NCBI GenBank assembly: GCA_030065125.1
Contig: JASJDM010000030.1
Location: 10,039-74,038, forward strand
Source of the DNA: Lysobacterales bacterium
Lineage (GTDB): Bacteria > Pseudomonadota > Gammaproteobacteria > Xanthomonadales > SZUA-38
Direction of reading: 5' to 3'
DNA: 64,000 nucleotides
The notes below the pieces were generated by a model that was not told the DNA's origin, made no database searches, and was given only the letters and a program-made list of their open reading frames with translations. Of this stretch, positions 59,168 through 64,000 are shown piece after piece; the first letter of the stretch is position 1; each line of letters begins with the position of its first letter. The position numbers were made by a program, and so were the translations under genes.

Positions 59168-59938
59168 ATGAGACCACACAAGACCACCCGGGGTCACATT
59201 CACTACACCAGCCGCAAGCCTGGGCGGAAAGGACAGGAACGGGGCCGGGAGTACTTCACCATCACCCGCCACGGTGACGGCCGCCGCACCCTGCGGGCCC
59301 ATGCTGAAATCGACGATGAGCCCAACGTTTTGAGGGACGTCATCCTGACCCTGGACCGGGACTGGCTGCCCCGGGACGCGTTTGTCCGCCTTTCGGTGGG
59401 GGACGAGACCTTTGGCAGCAGCTGGTTTCGGTTCACGGATACCTATGCCGAGTGCGAGGGTTGGAACCACGACCGCGGCCGCATCGCCGAGCGGGTGGAC
59501 TACGACCAGCCGCCTCCGCTGTTGGGCACCCATCCCATCCAGGGGGACGCCTGGCACCTCAACTCGGTGGATCGTTCCAGCGGCCCCTGCGTGAAAATTT
59601 TTCCCGCGTTCCTGATGTCCTCACTGGACCACCGCGGCGCCACCGGCCCATCGCTGGTGTGGCATGAACCGGGCATGCGGGTGGAGTATGTCGGCGAAGA
59701 GCGTATCACCGTGGGCGCCGGCACCTTTGACGCGCTGCATTTCTGCTATGGCACCCGCGGCAGCACCGAAGCGGGATCCAATGAAACCGGGGAACACCCG
59801 CCTTATGAGATATGGACTACCGCTGACGGTGAATTCATCTTTCTGAAGGCTTTCGTGACGGGGTACATGATGACGCACTATGAGTTGATGTCCCTGGAGA
59901 CAACGGCGACGTCATCGCCAGATGAGGTCATTCAATGA
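59168..59938 (+). CDS. Conserved hypothetical beta-rich protein
   Basis: GHIHYTS...RGREYF...DGRRTLRAHAEIDD..VLRDV, GTHPIQGDAW, SSLDHRGATGP, VGEERITVGAGTFDALHF, HPPYEIW; strong coding bias. Confidence 0.8.
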   Translation: MRPHKTTRGHIHYTSRKPGRKGQERGREYFTITRHGDGRRTLRAHAEIDDEPNVLRDVILTLDRDWLPRDAFVRLSVGDETFGSSWFRFTDTYAECEGWNHDRGRIAERVDYDQPPPLLGTHPIQGDAWHLNSVDRSSGPCVKIFPAFLMSSLDHRGATGPSLVWHEPGMRVEYVGEERITVGAGTFDALHFCYGTRGSTEAGSNETGEHPPYEIWTTADGEFIFLKAFVTGYMMTHYELMSLETTATSSPDEVIQ

Positions 59939-60968
59939 ATTGCACAATCGCCCCATCCGGCGTCCGCACCGAAAACAGCTCCAATTGTCCGTACGGAGAG
60001 ATCTCTACTGTCTGGGGTTCAGTCTCCAGGGACCAACCCCTGGCCTGGATCTCCTCCGCGGCGGCGTCGGCTGATTCCACCGGAAATCGCACCGCCAGGA
60101 TGCCCAGGTTGGGGGCAGCGCAGCGGTCTGCGTGGTCGCGGCCTTCCAGGTCCATTACCTCGATCATCTCCATCCGGCCAAACTCACCTTCACGGGGATA
60201 GACGATGCCGGCCTGGTAACGCACGGTGGTGGTGAGGTTCAGGGGGATGCCCAGAGGTGTGTGGGTGGGCTCTGCGGCGGTGTAGGGTTTGCCCTTGTAG
60301 AAGGTGGCGAAGCCCAGTACCCGGGTGAAAAAATCATAGGCCGCGTCCCGGTCCCGCACCATCTGCATCATGTTGAACGGCCGGGTCAGGCGCTCGAACT
60401 CCGGGATGGCGTCGGGCAGGGGCGGGGCAAGGCGCTCGTATCCCTGAACCTGTACCCCGTCGGGGCCCCGGAAAATCATCACGTTGAGCCTGGATTCCCC
60501 GAACTCCAGGTAGGTGATGGGCGTCTCCGTCCACCAGCCCAGGGCAATGGCGTCGTCATAGATTGCCGGCATGTCTTTCATGCGCACCATCAGGCTGAAA
60601 TAGCAGCCTGTGTCCCAGGCCCGGGATCCCGGCCGCATGGGCGACCGATCGCCGGCGTTGTCGAACCGTACCAGCCGCAACAGGCCGTCCCGGGCGTCTG
60701 CCGGCCCCAGCAGCAGGGCTTCACCGGAGGCGCTGTCGGCCAGGTTCCATGCTCGAATCCCGGATCGCGTCAGTGGACCCCGCCAGTGCACCTGGTAGCC
60801 GCCAATCTCACGGAAAAACCGCGCACTGCGGTCCAGGTCCGTGACGCTGACCACGGCCTCGCGCCAGACTTCCCGGGTAATGGCCGAGGCGTCTTCCGCT
60901 GCAACAGGCCGTGGCCCCAGCGCGACCAATATGGGCAGGATCAATGACACGGGTTTCCAGATATTCAC
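59928..60968 (-). CDS. Exported two-domain VOC (glyoxalase-like) protein
   Basis: Signal ...GPRPVAA-E; EAVVSVTDLDRSARFF, WDTGCYFSL, RGPDGVQVQGYE, VRDRDAAYDFFTRVLGF, RTPDGAIVQFIE. Confidence 0.82.
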   Translation of the reverse strand: MNIWKPVSLILPILVALGPRPVAAEDASAITREVWREAVVSVTDLDRSARFFREIGGYQVHWRGPLTRSGIRAWNLADSASGEALLLGPADARDGLLRLVRFDNAGDRSPMRPGSRAWDTGCYFSLMVRMKDMPAIYDDAIALGWWTETPITYLEFGESRLNVMIFRGPDGVQVQGYERLAPPLPDAIPEFERLTRPFNMMQMVRDRDAAYDFFTRVLGFATFYKGKPYTAAEPTHTPLGIPLNLTTTVRYQAGIVYPREGEFGRMEMIEVMDLEGRDHADRCAAPNLGILAVRFPVESADAAAEEIQARGWSLETEPQTVEISPYGQLELFSVRTPDGAIVQFIE

Positions 60969-61027
60969 AGGCGACTCCAGGTGTTGCTAGAACCGCGGGA
61001 ACGGTTTCACTTTCCCGCGTGAGCGCT

Positions 61028-61043
61028 TAATGTTATAACATTA
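61028..61043. promoter_or_regulatory. Perfect 16-bp palindrome in the divergent promoter (candidate repressor operator)
   Basis: TAATGTTA|TAACATTA, located between the VOC gene (start 60968) and the TonB receptor (start 61110). Confidence 0.7.
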
Positions 61044-61109
61044 GATCAATATGCTTGCCCCTGGCAGGCATGCACTTCGGCCCGGTGATTTATTTTTTGG
61101 AGGGTAGCC

Positions 61110-63641
61110 ATGGCCCCATTTTCCCGCAGACTCCCGCTCGTTTCCGCCATCATTGCAGGCTTGTTTGCCACTGACCCGGCACTGTCCCAGGACAGCGGGG
61201 ACGACTCCATGATTGAAGAAGTCACGGTGACTGCCCGGAAGCGGGAAGAAAGCCTGCAGGAGATTCCGGTGGCCATCACCGCCCTTTCCGCCCAGGACAT
61301 CAGTGAAGCGGGTATTGCCAGCCTGGAGGACGTGTCTACCCTGGCATCGGGCTTTTATTTCTTCAATCAGGGCCAGTCCCAGCCTGGCCGCTACAACACC
61401 CAGCTGCGTTTCCGCGGTCTCAACCAGGCCCAGTTCTCTCCCAGCTTCGAGACCGGCGCGCTGTTTATCGACGGCGTCTACGTGCTGAATGGCGGTACCT
61501 CCCTGGCGCTGATGGACGTGGAGCGGGTCGAGGTGATCAAGGGCCCGCAATCGGCCTACTTTGGCCGCAACACCTTCGGCGGCGCGGTGAACTTCATCAC
61601 CAAGGATCCGAGCATGGAGCAGTTCCAGGGCACGGCTGATATCTCCTACAGTGATCGGAATCTGCTGGACGGTAACCTGTTCATCGAAGGTCCGCTGGTG
61701 GAAGGCACCCTGTCCGGCAGCCTGGGTCTGCGCATTTACGACAAGGAAGGCCACTACCGGGCCAGCGACGGCGGCCGGCTGGGCGACGAAGAAACCCAGA
61801 CCCTGAATGCCAAGCTGCTGTGGCAGCCCAGTGACACCTTTTCCATGTCCTTCCGTGCCTCCTATTCCGAGGATGATGACGGCGCTCCGGCCCAGGCCTA
61901 CGTGGCGGGCCAGGTGGCGGCCAACGACACCTGCACCGGGCGCACCATTACCACGGGAGCCGGTGAGTCGGTCAATCCCATCAGCTATGTCTGCGGCACG
62001 GTACCGGACGTGGATTCCGCCACCCCGGTCCAGGGCAGCGCGGTAATAGACGGCAACACCATTATTCCGTCGTTTGCGTTTGACGCGCTGACTGGTGGCC
62101 CGCGCCCCAACGGCGCACCGTTCATCGATGAAATCGGCATGCTGCGGGAAACCCTGCGCCTCAGCGCCCAGGCCACCTGGGAACTCGGCGACTACACCCT
62201 GGATTCCATCCTGGGCTTCAATGACCAGGCCACCAACTGGATTCGGGATTTTGACCTCAGCGGGTTTTCCAACGCTTATTCCAACGATCCCCAGGGGCTC
62301 GAGGATCGCAGCTTCGAGATCCGCCTGACATCACCTCAGGACGGACGGCTACGCTGGGCCGTGGGTGCCAATTACTACGACCAGGAGTTCACCTCCTCGG
62401 GTGCCGGCGGCAATTTCGTGTTTGCCTGCTTCGGTACCGGCAATCCGGATTTCCCCTGTGTGCCCAACCTGGCTCTGAACTTCCCCAATTCCCTGACCAA
62501 CTCGGATGAGTCCACGGTGACCGGCATATTCGGCGCCATTGATTTCGACTTCAACGACCAGTGGACGCTGACGGTCGAGGGCCGCTACCAGGAAGACGAG
62601 CTGAACAAGGGTGGCCAGGTGGATGAGGGCGGCCTGGTGGCCGGTGCCCTGCGCATCGAGTCGGACGAGTTTCTGCCCCGGGTGATCCTCCGCTGGCAGC
62701 CCAGCGAGAACACCAACCTGTACGCCAGCTACGCCAAGGGGGTGGTCCCGGGAGACGTCAATCAGCAGTTCATCAACGCTGACGACCGCGAGCGGCCACA
62801 GTACCTGGCGGCATTCCCCGGACTGGGTGAGTCCACTCCCCAGGAAGAGCTGGATGCCATCGAGTTGGGCTGGAAGCAAAGCCTGTGGGACGGCCGCGGC
62901 TACCTGAACGTATCGGCATTCTGGAACGAGTGGATCGGCATCAAGGGCCGCTCTTCGGTGGCGGTCAACGAAACCTGTGACGCGTCGGGCTCCAACGCTA
63001 TCGGCGTGCCGGGCTGTACCTATGACGGCGTCATGGTGGGTGATCCGAAACTGATCGAGGATCCTGCCACCGGCGAACTGATTCCCCTGCTCAATGCCCG
63101 TAATGTGCTGCTGGACGGGGACGCCGATATCCAGGGCCTGGAAATCGATTTTGGTGGAATGATCTCCGATAACTGGAGCTTCGACGCTTCCCTGGCCTAC
63201 GTGGACACCGAGTACACCCGCTACGAGTTCAACTTCGTGCAGCGGATTGCCGGGTTCTCCAATATGCGCGGTAACTCAACCCCGCGGACGCCGGAACTGA
63301 GCGGTAACCTGTCCACCACCTATCGTTTCCCGCTGGCCGGTCGCGACGCCTACATCCGCGGCGACATCGTGTACATGGGTGAGGTGTTCACCGACGAAAC
63401 CAACCTGGCCGAATTGGAGGATTACTTCCTGGCCAACGTTCGCGGCGGCATCGAGTCGGGCAACTACCGGCTTGAACTGTTCATCAAGAACCTGTTCGAC
63501 GAGGACGCCTGGGCCACCGGCGCCCGCTTCTCCGACACGGCGTTTCCCACCGACTTCACCAACTTCTTTGTGCAGCAGGGGTTCAACCTGACGCCCCAGA
63601 ACAAGCGTGAAGTAGGACTGCGCTGGGTTTACAGTTTCTGA
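61110..63641 (+). CDS. TonB-dependent receptor
   Basis: Signal peptide, IEEVTVTARKREESLQEIPVAITA, DVERVEVIKGPQSAYFGRNTFGGAVNFITK, FIKNLFD, C-terminal YSF; GGAGG RBS. Confidence 0.95.
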   Translation: MAPFSRRLPLVSAIIAGLFATDPALSQDSGDDSMIEEVTVTARKREESLQEIPVAITALSAQDISEAGIASLEDVSTLASGFYFFNQGQSQPGRYNTQLRFRGLNQAQFSPSFETGALFIDGVYVLNGGTSLALMDVERVEVIKGPQSAYFGRNTFGGAVNFITKDPSMEQFQGTADISYSDRNLLDGNLFIEGPLVEGTLSGSLGLRIYDKEGHYRASDGGRLGDEETQTLNAKLLWQPSDTFSMSFRASYSEDDDGAPAQAYVAGQVAANDTCTGRTITTGAGESVNPISYVCGTVPDVDSATPVQGSAVIDGNTIIPSFAFDALTGGPRPNGAPFIDEIGMLRETLRLSAQATWELGDYTLDSILGFNDQATNWIRDFDLSGFSNAYSNDPQGLEDRSFEIRLTSPQDGRLRWAVGANYYDQEFTSSGAGGNFVFACFGTGNPDFPCVPNLALNFPNSLTNSDESTVTGIFGAIDFDFNDQWTLTVEGRYQEDELNKGGQVDEGGLVAGALRIESDEFLPRVILRWQPSENTNLYASYAKGVVPGDVNQQFINADDRERPQYLAAFPGLGESTPQEELDAIELGWKQSLWDGRGYLNVSAFWNEWIGIKGRSSVAVNETCDASGSNAIGVPGCTYDGVMVGDPKLIEDPATGELIPLLNARNVLLDGDADIQGLEIDFGGMISDNWSFDASLAYVDTEYTRYEFNFVQRIAGFSNMRGNSTPRTPELSGNLSTTYRFPLAGRDAYIRGDIVYMGEVFTDETNLAELEDYFLANVRGGIESGNYRLELFIKNLFDEDAWATGARFSDTAFPTDFTNFFVQQGFNLTPQNKREVGLRWVYSF

Positions 63642-63705
63642 GTTCATCGTCCCCCAGGACGACGGGTTGGCTTCCGACAGGTAGCCAGCCCTTACTTTTG
63701 CATTC

Positions 63706-64000
63706 ATGAGGGGATACCGCGTCACGGAGTTCGGCGGCACCGAGGTCATGTGCTGGGAGGAACTGGGGGAACTCAGTCCCGGGCCCGGACAGGTCCTGGT
63801 GGCGGTCCGCGCGTCAGCGGTGAACTTCGCTGAAACCCGGATGCGGGCCGGCACCTATACCGGGCAGGAACTGCCGTTTGTCATGGGCATGGAGGCCGCC
63901 GGCATCGTCATCGCACCGGGTGACGGGGTCCAGGATTTTCAGCCGGGAGACCGCGTTTTTGGCCGCGCTCGGGGATCCCACGCCGAGCAGGTGCTGTTTG
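63706..64000 (+). CDS. NADPH:quinone oxidoreductase (MDR family), 3' end runs off the window
   Basis: Manual translation MRGYRVTEFGGTEVM...PGPGQVLVAVRASAVNFAETRMRAGTY...PFVMGMEAAG...FQPGDRV. Confidence 0.85.
   Translation, partial: MRGYRVTEFGGTEVMCWEELGELSPGPGQVLVAVRASAVNFAETRMRAGTYTGQELPFVMGMEAAGIVIAPGDGVQDFQPGDRVFGRARGSHAEQVLF

Noticed and set aside
61028-61043. Calling the palindrome a Zur or Fur box
   Set aside because: Half-site spacing does not match the Zur consensus (no central spacer) and it lacks the Fur GATAAT pattern. Kept as an unassigned operator.

Overview
GC-rich (roughly 65% by eye) bacterial chromosome segment, probably from a marine/aquatic Gammaproteobacterium of the Xanthomonadales/Wenzhouxiangella type (inferred from protein families and C-terminal motifs, not proven). 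It holds about 47 CDS. I found no rRNA, tRNA, CRISPR array, integrase or transposase. Housekeeping and metabolic genes (PanE-like reductase, AbgT transporter, HemY-type protoporphyrinogen oxidase, exported KatG with an OxyR box, purT, RND pump, DDAH, rhodanese) are interspersed with four accessory modules. (1) Surface proteins: a ~3160-aa DUF11/LamG/10x SdrD-B adhesin fused to an intact C25 (gingipain/PorU-like) cysteine peptidase; a ~1510-aa related adhesin ending in IPTL-CTERM; an FG-GAP protein ending in FSDSFED downstream of a CadC-like wHTH-TM-TPR regulator with phased direct repeats; and a TIGR03032-TPR-glycosyltransferase fusion. (2) A probable zinc-uptake cluster (ZrgB/C-like ABC pair, His-rich ZnuD-like TonB receptor) with a DUF2946-like CxxC/RAPP arrest-peptide leader. 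(3) A >12 kb uncharacterised uptake/catabolic island: TonB receptor, three VOC-domain proteins, a CpcT-like exported protein, two MFS, two quinone oxidoreductases, a Tat hydrolase lacking the canonical His, and a perfect 16-bp palindrome. (4) An RHH-like two-gene operon with an operator-like repeat in its promoter. Also seen: gene remnants at 6.7-7.2 kb and several apparently leaderless genes. All family assignments come from motif recognition by eye; no database search was run.
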